Positions 20,006 through 29,362 of a stretch of DNA of 54,539 nucleotides are shown here, piece by piece. The stretch covers positions 1-54,539 of the forward strand of contig JAYTOU010000020.1 in NCBI GenBank assembly GCA_043747615.1. The letters are read 5' to 3'. Origin of the DNA: Myxococcales bacterium (GTDB lineage: Bacteria; Myxococcota_A; Polyangia; Polyangiales; Polyangiaceae). A model generated the notes under the pieces. It worked only from the letters and a program-made list of their open reading frames with translations. It was not told the DNA's origin and searched no databases. A program made the position numbers and the translations under genes. How positions within the stretch are numbered: position 1 is the stretch's first letter; each line of letters starts with the position of its first letter.

Positions 20006-21213
20006 TGGCGTACCTCGAAGGGATTCGCTCCGTCCGGGATCTGCCGGTCGAAAACAAGCGCGTCTTCTTGCGCGTGGATTTCAACGTCCCGCTCGAGCGC
20101 TCCGGCGACAGCGCCACGATTGCCGACGACTCGCGGATCCGCGAAGCGCTCCCCACCATCAAGCACCTCATTGAGCGCGGGGCGCGGCTGGTGATCGCGA
20201 GCCACCTCGGTCGACCGAAACCCGGCAAGCACGGCGGGCTCTCGCTCGAGCCGTGCGGAGCGCGTCTTGCGGAGCTCCTCGATGCCGACGTGCGCATGCC
20301 CGAGGACTGCGTGGGAGACGCGGCAAAGAAGGTGGTCTACGATCTTCGCGGCGGGCAGGTGTGCCTTCTCGAGAACCTCCGCTTTCATCCCGAGGAAGAA
20401 AAAGACGACGAAGCCTTTGCCCTGAAGCTGAAGGAGCTGGCCGATGTTTACGTCGACGACGCGTTCGGCGCCGTGCATCGCGCGCACGCTAGCGTCTTCT
20501 CGCTCCCCAAGCTCTTTCGTGATCGCGGCTGCGGTTTTCTCCTTGAGAAAGAGATCGACGCTCTCGGGAAGCTCGTAACCGCGCCCGAAAAACCGTACGT
20601 GGCAGTGCTCGGAGGCGCCAAGGTCTCCGATAAGATCGCGGTGCTCGAGTCGCTGCTCACTCAGGTGAACGCGCTCGTCATCGGCGGGGCGATGGCCAAC
20701 ACGTTTCTCGCGGCCAAGATGATCGACGTCAAAGCCTCGCGCGTGGAGACCGACAAGCTCGCCCTCGCCCGCAGCATTCTCGACAAGGCGCGCGAGAAGA
20801 AGGTCGATGTCGTCCTTCCGCTCGACGTCGTCGTTGCCGAATCGCTCGACGCATCGAGCGGAGCGATCGTAGATGTCGGTTCCATCCCGGACGGTCACAT
20901 GGCGCTCGACATCGGCCCGAAGAGCGTCGCGGCCTTCGCCAAGTATTTCACGGACGCGAAGACCATCTTCTGGAACGGGCCAATGGGACTCTTCGAAAAG
21001 CCTGCTTTCGCAGATGGCACATTTGGCATCGCACGCGCGATGGCCGAGTCGGGGGCCTTCACCGTCATCGGAGGAGGAGACAGCGCGGCCGCCGTTCACG
21101 TTGCTGGCCCCGGAATCGCCGAGAAAATAAGCCATATTTCGACCGGTGGCGGCGCCTCTCTCGAGCTCCTCGAGGGGAAGAAATTGCCCGGCATCGAGGT
21201 TCTACGGCAGTGA
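20005..21213 (+). CDS. pgk: Phosphoglycerate kinase
   Basis: RVDFNVP, SHLGRP, GGAKVSDK, WNGPMG, STGGGASL; TGATG overlap with gap. Confidence 0.97.
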   Translation: MAYLEGIRSVRDLPVENKRVFLRVDFNVPLERSGDSATIADDSRIREALPTIKHLIERGARLVIASHLGRPKPGKHGGLSLEPCGARLAELLDADVRMPEDCVGDAAKKVVYDLRGGQVCLLENLRFHPEEEKDDEAFALKLKELADVYVDDAFGAVHRAHASVFSLPKLFRDRGCGFLLEKEIDALGKLVTAPEKPYVAVLGGAKVSDKIAVLESLLTQVNALVIGGAMANTFLAAKMIDVKASRVETDKLALARSILDKAREKKVDVVLPLDVVVAESLDASSGAIVDVGSIPDGHMALDIGPKSVAAFAKYFTDAKTIFWNGPMGLFEKPAFADGTFGIARAMAESGAFTVIGGGDSAAAVHVAGPGIAEKISHISTGGGASLELLEGKKLPGIEVLRQ

Positions 21214-21220
21214 GGTCGAA

Positions 21221-22003
<783 letters not shown>

Positions 22004-22007
22004 AAAC

Positions 22008-22376
22008 ATGTCTATCCTCGAAACTTTTTTGAAGGTCCTCCACGTCTTCGTGTGCGGCGTGCTCATCTTCGTCGTTCTCCTTCAGCAAGGAAAAGGCGGC
22101 GGCATGGGCGCGGCATTCGGCGGTGGAGGCGCAGCGCAGGTCTTCGGCGGGCGCGGAGCCGGCAACATCCTCACACGCGCGACCGCCACCTGCGCGGCGA
22201 TCTTCATGCTGACCAGCGTCTCCCTCGCGTACATCTCGTCCTCCGGTGACCGCGCGATCAGAGTAAGAGCGGCGATGGAAGAGAAGAAGCGACTCGACAA
22301 GGGCTCGCCCACCAAAACGGGCGACAAGCCGACGGACATGAGCCCCGCGCCGATGACGCCCGCGCCGACGAAGTAG
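22008..22376 (+). CDS. secG: Preprotein translocase subunit SecG
   Basis: VLLQQGKGGGMGAAFGGG, two TM helices, follows tpiA. Confidence 0.95.
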   Translation: MSILETFLKVLHVFVCGVLIFVVLLQQGKGGGMGAAFGGGGAAQVFGGRGAGNILTRATATCAAIFMLTSVSLAYISSSGDRAIRVRAAMEEKKRLDKGSPTKTGDKPTDMSPAPMTPAPTK

Positions 22377-22383
22377 TGAGGCG

Positions 22384-23694
22384 GTGAGAAGCAAGGTCGG
22401 CGACGCCGCCGCGCTCGTCGGGCTGAAGTTTGCGCTGGGGTTGTGGCTCGCTCATCAGGGCTTCTCGCACGTCTCGGACGACGACTACGCGCGGACGGTA
22501 ATTTCCGAGCTCTTCGCGCACTCCCCGAAGCTCGATCCGAGCGGGACCAGCTGGCTGCCGTTACCGTTTTGGATCACGGGCGGCGCGATGATGGTCCTCG
22601 GGCGCTCGCTCGAAGTCGCTCGCGGTGTGGCGTTGACCCTCGGTGCGCTCAGCGTGATCCCGCTCTACGTGGCGCTGCGTTCGACCGGCGTTTCGCGGGT
22701 GAGCGCGCTCGTCGGCGTTGGCCTCGGAATGGCGACGCCGTGGAATGCGTGGCTCGGTGCGGCTGCCGTTCCGGAGGGGTACGTCGGGGCGTTGGTAGCG
22801 GCCGGAGCCATCGCACTTGGTGATGTGCGCACGCGCCCCTGGGCGGCGCTCTGCCTCTTGGCCGCTGCACTTTCGCGCTACGAGGCGTGGCCGGTGTGCG
22901 CATTCTTCGGCGCAGTGGTCGCGTGGCGCACGGCACGGAGCGAAGCCGAACGGCGAACCGCCGCGGCGTGGCTGACGGTCGCTCTCGCCATCGCCGGACC
23001 ACTCGCGTGGATGGCGTGGAATTACCGCGCCCACGGTAGTGCAACGCATTTTTTGACCCGCGTCGCGGCCTATCGTCATGCGATCGGCGCGGGAGGAGAG
23101 CCGCTCTACGATCGATTGACCGCCTACCCGTTTGGCCTAATCGCAGGAGCGCCCGACGTCGCATTGATGACCGTGCCGGGGGTAATTGCATTCTGCATAT
23201 TTCCTGCTGCGCGGGTGCGCTGGACGATGCCGCTCCTCGCGATGCTCTCGATCGTGATTTTTCTTGCTTACGGCGACGCGCATGACGGCGCGCCCACCCA
23301 TCATCCGGAGCGAACGCTCGTCGCGGTCTGGTGGGTCATGGCGGCGTTCGGATCGGATGGCGCGGGGCGGCTTTTTTCACGCATGGCGTTCGGGCGTTCG
23401 GGACGAGAGGCGTGGGGCGTGGCGTTGGCGTCCGGTGTCGCCGTGGCCTGGATCTCGAGCCTGCTCGGGTCGTGGAGCGCGTTCCCCGGGAGCACCGCGC
23501 AGGAATTACGCGGCGGACAGATTGCGCGTGGGATGAAACTCAGGAGCGAGGGCGTCGTAAGGTTCGCGGTGACGCCCTGTGCGTACGAGCATTTTGCCTT
23601 GATGGCGGCGTTCGGCGCGCCGGAGGGGGTGCGCGTGATGGCTGCGACGCATGCGCCGATCAGCCCGCTGTGCCCGCGCGTGGAGCGCGAGTAG
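22384..23694 (+). CDS. Multi-pass membrane protein, possible GT-C (PMT-like) glycosyltransferase
   Basis: Acidic SDDDY after TM1, WLPLP loop, LSRYE, many TM segments. Confidence 0.55.
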   Translation: MRSKVGDAAALVGLKFALGLWLAHQGFSHVSDDDYARTVISELFAHSPKLDPSGTSWLPLPFWITGGAMMVLGRSLEVARGVALTLGALSVIPLYVALRSTGVSRVSALVGVGLGMATPWNAWLGAAAVPEGYVGALVAAGAIALGDVRTRPWAALCLLAAALSRYEAWPVCAFFGAVVAWRTARSEAERRTAAAWLTVALAIAGPLAWMAWNYRAHGSATHFLTRVAAYRHAIGAGGEPLYDRLTAYPFGLIAGAPDVALMTVPGVIAFCIFPAARVRWTMPLLAMLSIVIFLAYGDAHDGAPTHHPERTLVAVWWVMAAFGSDGAGRLFSRMAFGRSGREAWGVALASGVAVAWISSLLGSWSAFPGSTAQELRGGQIARGMKLRSEGVVRFAVTPCAYEHFALMAAFGAPEGVRVMAATHAPISPLCPRVERE

Positions 23695-25297
23695 CCGCGC
23701 TTTCGGTGGTCCTCACGACGCGGCCGTGATCGAGGGTGACGACGATGTCGCCGAGCGAGATAAGCTCTTCGGTGTGGGCGACGATGGCGATGCGCTTGGT
23801 CGCGGAGAGCTCGCGAACGAGATCCGCGACGAGCTTGATTCCGGCCGCGTCGAGGTTGGCGTCGGGCTCGTCGAGGAGGAGGAGCGGTTTGTCGGATGCA
23901 AGGAGGCGTGCGAGGGCGAGGCGTTGGCGTTCGCCGGTGGAGAGAGAGCCGACTTTTGCGGAGAGGGGGTCCGTCGGGGATTTTGCGGTGAGCACGTCCC
24001 ATAGGGCTACGCGCTCGAGGGCGGCTCGCCGCTGGTCAAGAGTCGACGCGTGCGCGACGAGGTCCATTGCCGCATGCACCGTCATTCGCTCGCCGAGATA
24101 AGGGCGCTGCGGCAAATACGCGAGGGTGCGCCGCCACTCTCGCTGATCGAGCATGGCCAATCGAACGGCCCCCACGCGAATCTCTCCGTCATCGACGTTG
24201 GTCACGCCCAGGAGAAGGCGGAGGACCGTAGATTTCCCCGAGCCGTTCGGTCCCGCGATGACCAACACCCGAGCGCTAGGCCACGTCAAATCTACGTGCC
24301 GCAGCGCGGGAGCTTGCGTTCCGGAATAGGAGAAGCACACCTTTCGCCAAACGACGTCGAAAGGTTCGGAACAGCATGACGCTGGCGATGCCGGTTGTGG
24401 CAGCTCATCGCCGCTCAGGAGCTGCGCCATCGGCTCAAATCGCACGCGCGCTTTGGTCATCTCGTGGAGGGCCGAGGCCAGCCCAGCAAACACGGGCAGC
24501 ACGCTTGCGAAGAGTGCCGCGTCCGCGAGCGCACCTGCTGTCATTTCGCCGTGCCACGCGCTATCGAAGAAGAGGGCCCCAGCCACGAGCGCACATCCCG
24601 CGGCCACCGGGAGGCGTCCCGCGATACTAGAGAGGCGCTCGGCGCGCAGCGCCTGTGCACTCCACACATGGATCGCTTCAGCGAAGGACTGCCGGAAGGC
24701 GACATCCACACCGTTCGCGACCAGCTCAAGACGGCCATGGATGGCCGCAACGACCGCGTCAAGCACAGGTCGGTACGCTTCAGCGGATCGTTCGCTTTCG
24801 CGAATCGTCACACGCCGCGCAACGACGACCCCGCCGCCTCCGATCGCCGCGGACAGCGCACCGACGAGGAGAACGTGCCGGGGCTCGATTGCACCGAGGA
24901 CCACGGTGACGAGAAACGCGGCGACTGTATCTGCGATCAACTGCGGCGAGAGCTCTGCGAGAATGCGTGCTCCGTAGTGAACGCCTTCGATGATCGCGGC
25001 CTCGGACTCGTCGGCCTCGAGCGGGCTCGCCCTCAGAAGGTTTCCGCGAAAGAGAGCATCAATGCCCCGAACGGTGAGCGCTACTTCGACGCGTGTACGC
25101 AGCGTCCCTCGCGTGAATCCGCGAGCTGCCAGGACGACGCCAAGCGCAACAAGGGCCGCCGCGCTCTGCGCCCCGCCGCGATGCACGAAGAGGAAGGCCG
25201 TGGCGACGAGGCCAAGCCTCTCTAGAAGGTGGAGGAGCGCATAACACCCCCACCACCCCCCCAGAGGAGCCAACACGCTCCGTGCGAGAGACAACAT
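23660..25297 (-). CDS. ABC exporter, fused TMD-NBD (lasso D-like)
   Basis: N-terminal TM helices; GPNGSGKST, LSTGERQR, LLLLDEP. Confidence 0.88.
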   Translation of the reverse strand: MLSLARSVLAPLGGWWGCYALLHLLERLGLVATAFLFVHRGGAQSAAALVALGVVLAARGFTRGTLRTRVEVALTVRGIDALFRGNLLRASPLEADESEAAIIEGVHYGARILAELSPQLIADTVAAFLVTVVLGAIEPRHVLLVGALSAAIGGGGVVVARRVTIRESERSAEAYRPVLDAVVAAIHGRLELVANGVDVAFRQSFAEAIHVWSAQALRAERLSSIAGRLPVAAGCALVAGALFFDSAWHGEMTAGALADAALFASVLPVFAGLASALHEMTKARVRFEPMAQLLSGDELPQPASPASCCSEPFDVVWRKVCFSYSGTQAPALRHVDLTWPSARVLVIAGPNGSGKSTVLRLLLGVTNVDDGEIRVGAVRLAMLDQREWRRTLAYLPQRPYLGERMTVHAAMDLVAHASTLDQRRAALERVALWDVLTAKSPTDPLSAKVGSLSTGERQRLALARLLASDKPLLLLDEPDANLDAAGIKLVADLVRELSATKRIAIVAHTEELISLGDIVVTLDHGRVVRTTESAATRAPRAGTAG

Positions 25298-25337
25298 CAG
25301 CGATAGAGAAATATCTCAGGAGGCGGTCAGAAAAGTT

Positions 25338-26264
25338 TCATCCAGGGCCGGCGTCGCGAAGATAGTTCGCACAGATGCCGATATTGGCGATCGGGTAGCC
25401 CGCGTTGCATTGGGAGACCCCAGCGTCGCGGAGTACGGGGTCCGTGGGATCACCGCAGACGTTCGACTGACATTCCACAGCCTCGTAGCAGCCCCCGCCG
25501 AGCGTCTTTTGGGCTGAGCATTGGTCGTTTCCAAGGTAGTTGTTTCCCGAATTCGAGCAATAGCCCGGGACGCCCGTGAGGAGGCCTCCGCACTGGGCGT
25601 GACCTTCAAACTCGTTGCCCGCAACAGGGCCGCACGCAGTGCCTGCCGCTCGAGGTGCTGTGCACGTTCCGGCGTCAGGGGTGACGTCGCAATGGTTGGG
25701 CGGAGCGCATTCTGCCGACCCGAGGCATCCCTTGGCGCCAAGCGGGATGTTGCCAACGGCGCCCGAGTAACACGTCGTGATCAGATCAGTCAGGTAAGCG
25801 CTCGTGGCGAGGCCGCAGGTGAGCCCTTTGACCTTGTCGATACACGCCTTCGCCTTTGTTAGGTCGAACGTGATGTGACCGCCATCGAGAAACGGAGCGA
25901 TCATATTTTGGCTTGCGACGCCGGTATTCGCGGGGGAGTCCGCAGAGCTCACGCACAAGTCGAGATCGAACGTGGTGGGCCCGCAGCACTCGGCGAGCCG
26001 GTTGCAGAAAGCCACGTTTATCTGGTGCGAGTAATCGAGGATTGTGGGCACCCCCACGTCCTTGGCGTCGATCCCCGAGTCCGTCACGGTGATGACATCT
26101 GTCCCAGCGTCCATGCCCGGGCTGTCCTGCTTGGTGTCCGTCCCCATCCCCGCGTCCCCGACAGCCGTGTCGTCCCCGCCGCAACCCACCATCAGGACCG
26201 ATGTAAGCCCGCTGAAAAGCACCACCCCGCCGACAGCAATGCCCAGACGTACCGAGTTCCTCAT
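25338..26264 (-). CDS. Cys-rich lipoprotein inside the RiPP cluster
   Basis: AAGGAG RBS before ATG 26264; VGC lipobox; CNRLAECC and many further Cys; DAG repeats. Confidence 0.75.
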   Translation of the reverse strand: MRNSVRLGIAVGGVVLFSGLTSVLMVGCGGDDTAVGDAGMGTDTKQDSPGMDAGTDVITVTDSGIDAKDVGVPTILDYSHQINVAFCNRLAECCGPTTFDLDLCVSSADSPANTGVASQNMIAPFLDGGHITFDLTKAKACIDKVKGLTCGLATSAYLTDLITTCYSGAVGNIPLGAKGCLGSAECAPPNHCDVTPDAGTCTAPRAAGTACGPVAGNEFEGHAQCGGLLTGVPGYCSNSGNNYLGNDQCSAQKTLGGGCYEAVECQSNVCGDPTDPVLRDAGVSQCNAGYPIANIGICANYLRDAGPG

Positions 26265-26406
26265 AAGCAGACTTCTCCTTGTTGGTCCGGAAGATAACAC
26301 GTGGCCCACGAATTTCACGAACCAGCCAAAGTTTGATGCATCATCGATGCCCGTCGTTCAGTCGTTCGTTTCGTACAATCGTAAGACGGTAGCCTTTTGA
26401 CAAAAG

Positions 26407-26742
26407 TTAGCCCAAGCGAGCGATTTCCCGGCCCCCTGGGTCATCCGCACGGAGCGGAGACCCTCCGAACTCGACCCAAGCGTGCGCGTAGAGCGGAGAA
26501 CTCATACCCGGGTGCACGCCGATCACGACTTCTGAGTCACGCAGACGCGCTGCCACTGTCAGCGCGCGACTAAGACATGTGCCCCCGCCTTCAAGCGCGT
26601 CGGCGGCGCGCCTTGCCTCGGCTGCCGTATCGAAGGGGGGCATCAAGCGACCAGCGCCATCGATGAGCCGTTTGGCTAGGATTGGGCTTCGCATCCTGAG
26701 TGCGATGCGCGCGACGACGTGAAGAAGCCGCAACGTCAGCAT
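26407..26742 (-). CDS. Lasso peptide leader peptidase B2 (transglutaminase-like)
   Basis: TCLSRAL (catalytic Cys), VVIGV, AHAWVE (catalytic His), downstream Asp. Confidence 0.9.
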   Translation of the reverse strand: MLTLRLLHVVARIALRMRSPILAKRLIDGAGRLMPPFDTAAEARRAADALEGGGTCLSRALTVAARLRDSEVVIGVHPGMSSPLYAHAWVEFGGSPLRADDPGGREIARLG

Positions 26743-27014
26743 GGAACGAGGAGACCGCGACCAACAAAGTCGTTCGCGAGCGCGAGCAGATCGACCACCA
26801 GGCGAGAGGGCGTGACGTCGTAGTCCGGGGCGAACTCCGCAGCGATTTCTTTAACCGATTTCCCGCGCGCGAGCCCAACCCAGAGGCGGGCGCCGACCTC
26901 GTTCACGCCAAAGTAGTCCCCCTTCGCAAGATCGAGAATCACGAGCTCACCATCGAATTCGCGCACGTGCACGTCCTTCGGCACGCGCATCCGATCGTCT
27001 TCTGCGACGCTCAT
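26736..27014 (-). CDS. PqqD-family RiPP recognition element (lasso B1/E)
   Basis: 92 aa; FDGELVILDLAKGDYFGVNEVGARLW...YDV...GLL. Confidence 0.93.
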   Translation of the reverse strand: MSVAEDDRMRVPKDVHVREFDGELVILDLAKGDYFGVNEVGARLWVGLARGKSVKEIAAEFAPDYDVTPSRLVVDLLALANDFVGRGLLVPC

Positions 27015-27829
27015 GGCGCATCTCCGCCGTGGATCCCATCTAGGATGCGCACGATCGAGTCTCCGCAGGCAGCGAGCGCGGCGAGCCCACGCGGCCGCGC
27101 CAGCTCAAAAACAGGAACCGCGCGAATGACTGCCTGAAGTTGCTCGAACTCCTGAAGCTGAGCGGCTGGCTCGTCGATGATGAATCGAACTGCCGCGCGA
27201 AGCAGCCTCGAAAGCGCTTCTTGACCGTGAAGCTGCCTGACCCGAGGACCGGGGAGGCGGTCGTCGAATGCTAGGTGGACCAGCGCTACGAGCGGTTCTG
27301 GCTGGGTTGCGACTTGCGCATGGGGCACGGCAGTTTTGCGGGTCGTTTCTCCAAAACCAAGCGCAGCATGCGCGGCAGGCAGCAACCAGCTCATCGTCTC
27401 GCTTGGAACCACCTCCACGGCCTTCGCGCAAAACTCGATGGCAGCCGTATCGTCCGCGAAAAAGACGACACCCGGCCGCTGCGCGAGGTGGGCAACCGTC
27501 GTCGATTTTCCAGTTTCACTTTCACCAAAGCAGGCAACGAGACGGCCATGGATCGAAACCGCGCTTGCATGGAGTGTGAGCTTCCCCTGGAGATGTCGCA
27601 CCAAGGCCCTCGCCAGTCCCTTATGGAGCTTCGCAATCAGTTCAGGGTTGGCGTCGGGCGCGGGCGTGAGATCGAAACTCGTGCCCGAGCGATTCGCTCG
27701 GAGGGTGCAGTGACCCGCCCACTCCGCAACCAGGTCACTGCCCGCGCGACCGATACGGAAATTCAGGTCGCCGTTTTCCTCGCGATGCTCGCCAAGCCAC
27801 GTGACCGTCATCTGAGCAGATTCTAGCAC
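27011..27829 (-). CDS. HPr-kinase-like P-loop kinase (lasso K)
   Basis: LHASAV, GESETGKST, FADD motifs. Alternative start ATG 27811. Confidence 0.85.
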   Translation of the reverse strand: MLESAQMTVTWLGEHREENGDLNFRIGRAGSDLVAEWAGHCTLRANRSGTSFDLTPAPDANPELIAKLHKGLARALVRHLQGKLTLHASAVSIHGRLVACFGESETGKSTTVAHLAQRPGVVFFADDTAAIEFCAKAVEVVPSETMSWLLPAAHAALGFGETTRKTAVPHAQVATQPEPLVALVHLAFDDRLPGPRVRQLHGQEALSRLLRAAVRFIIDEPAAQLQEFEQLQAVIRAVPVFELARPRGLAALAACGDSIVRILDGIHGGDAP

Positions 27830-29337
27830 CGCGTCCGACGGCTTTCAGCGAAGGCTTCGACCGCCAAAGCGGGCCACAGCGAAACCCACGACTCGCCGGC
27901 CAACGGCTGGCTCGCAAACGCGTCGAACGCTGCTCGGTAGCCAGAAGGGTCAACGAGACCGAGAGCAGCAAGGTTCGGCATCGCCGCCAGGTCTCGGAAC
28001 GACGCGAGCCCTCCCGCCGCTTCCATCACTTCAATGAACGCAGGCTCGAAATCGGCCTTGTCGGGGCGAAGCCGGACGCTTTCAGGAATCAATCCTTTCA
28101 ATGCGAGTCGGAAGAGGCCCCTCATTTGTGAGCCGTGGAACAGAAGGAGCGGCGGCAACCGCATCACGAATTCGATCAGATCATCGTCGAGAAATGGATC
28201 GATGCGCAGCACCCCGCTCGCCTGTTCTAGGAGAGACCGCTCGTCGGCCGCCTCCAAGAAGTCCGGAGACGTGCGGAACCGCGCGAGCCGGTCAGTCGGT
28301 GTCTCGAGCTCGTTGGGCGCGTTGTCAACGACGACCGTGTCGAGAAAAGCCTGCAGCTCGGGCCCAGCCCACGTGCATCCTCTGCGGCGCAATCTTCGGC
28401 GCCTTTTGGTCTGCAGCGCCGACGGAATGAGCCGAGCCGCGAGAGGTCGGATGAGAAACTCGCTGACCCGCCTCAAGGGGTTCGTCGTCCACGGCACGCG
28501 TAGACGCGCGGCTTGCACGATCGCCTGGACGATCTCACCGCTCAGAATGCGATGCGATAGGATTCGAGGGTCGCCGTCGAAGATATCGTCACCGCCGTTG
28601 CCCGTGAGCACCAGGCTGGCACCGCGCTCAGCCGCCTTGGTCATGAGCGCGAGCAGGCTCGCCGCTCCGGTTCTGACGAAAGGCGTTTGGTCGACCACGA
28701 AGGCTTTGCGAACGAGCGGTCCACCGTCTCTCGGCGCGACACGGATCGGCGTGATTCCGAGAGCCTCAGTAAGGACACGCATGTGCGGTCGGTCGTCGCC
28801 CGGACCCGCAAAATGCAGGGTGATCGCGTCAATTTCCGGCTGGCCAGCGCCACGCGCCTCTGCCACGACCGCAGCGAGAAGCGCACTCGAGTCGACCCCT
28901 CCACCGGCGAGGACTCCAATGCGTTTTCGGCCCTTGATCGCCCGGGCAACGCTCGCTCGAATGAGCCTGTGCACTTCGATGGCTGCCTCCTCGGGAGCGA
29001 TCGCAAGGGTGGGACCGATGAATCTGGCGATTGGTTCGTGGTAACGGCGCCCGTCTATTGAAATGTGCGCGCGGTGAGCGCTGGGGACGCGGTAAACCCC
29101 CTCAAAGTGTGTCTCGCCGAGGTCACGCATCGGAAGATCCGCGATCAGGGATGCGAGACGCTGGCGATTCAAAGTTGGCGGACGACCGAGGCACTCGACC
29201 AGCGGGCCTATACGCTCGCAGACGAGAATTTCGCCGCCGTCGATTGCGTAGAAGAGTGGGCGCCCTCCAAAGGCACCGCGCGTGAGCTCTAGGTCGTGTG
29301 TGTAGCGGGTGACAGAGGACGCGCCCGACGATTCCAT
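27823..29337 (-). CDS. Lasso cyclase C (asparagine synthetase-like macrolactam synthase)
   Basis: GGGVDSS PP-loop, LTGNGGDDIF, PFLD, IPESVRLRPDK; remnant glutaminase segment without N-terminal Cys; adjacent to RRE and B2. Confidence 0.9.
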   Translation of the reverse strand: MESSGASSVTRYTHDLELTRGAFGGRPLFYAIDGGEILVCERIGPLVECLGRPPTLNRQRLASLIADLPMRDLGETHFEGVYRVPSAHRAHISIDGRRYHEPIARFIGPTLAIAPEEAAIEVHRLIRASVARAIKGRKRIGVLAGGGVDSSALLAAVVAEARGAGQPEIDAITLHFAGPGDDRPHMRVLTEALGITPIRVAPRDGGPLVRKAFVVDQTPFVRTGAASLLALMTKAAERGASLVLTGNGGDDIFDGDPRILSHRILSGEIVQAIVQAARLRVPWTTNPLRRVSEFLIRPLAARLIPSALQTKRRRRLRRRGCTWAGPELQAFLDTVVVDNAPNELETPTDRLARFRTSPDFLEAADERSLLEQASGVLRIDPFLDDDLIEFVMRLPPLLLFHGSQMRGLFRLALKGLIPESVRLRPDKADFEPAFIEVMEAAGGLASFRDLAAMPNLAALGLVDPSGYRAAFDAFASQPLAGESWVSLWPALAVEAFAESRRTRC

Positions 29338-29362
29338 CGGCTACAACGGATCCGAATCGAGC

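Noticed and set aside
22384..23694. GT-C-like gene as a lasso tailoring enzyme
   Set aside because: It is on the opposite strand and appears to continue the gap-secG operon; only proximity supports a link.
22376..23700. tRNA-Leu or integration site after secG marking the lasso cluster as an island
   Set aside because: No tRNA fold, integrase or flanking direct repeats were seen.
27823..29337. Housekeeping asparagine synthetase AsnB
   Set aside because: The glutaminase domain is truncated with no N-terminal Cys, and the RRE, B2 and leader context indicates a lasso cyclase.
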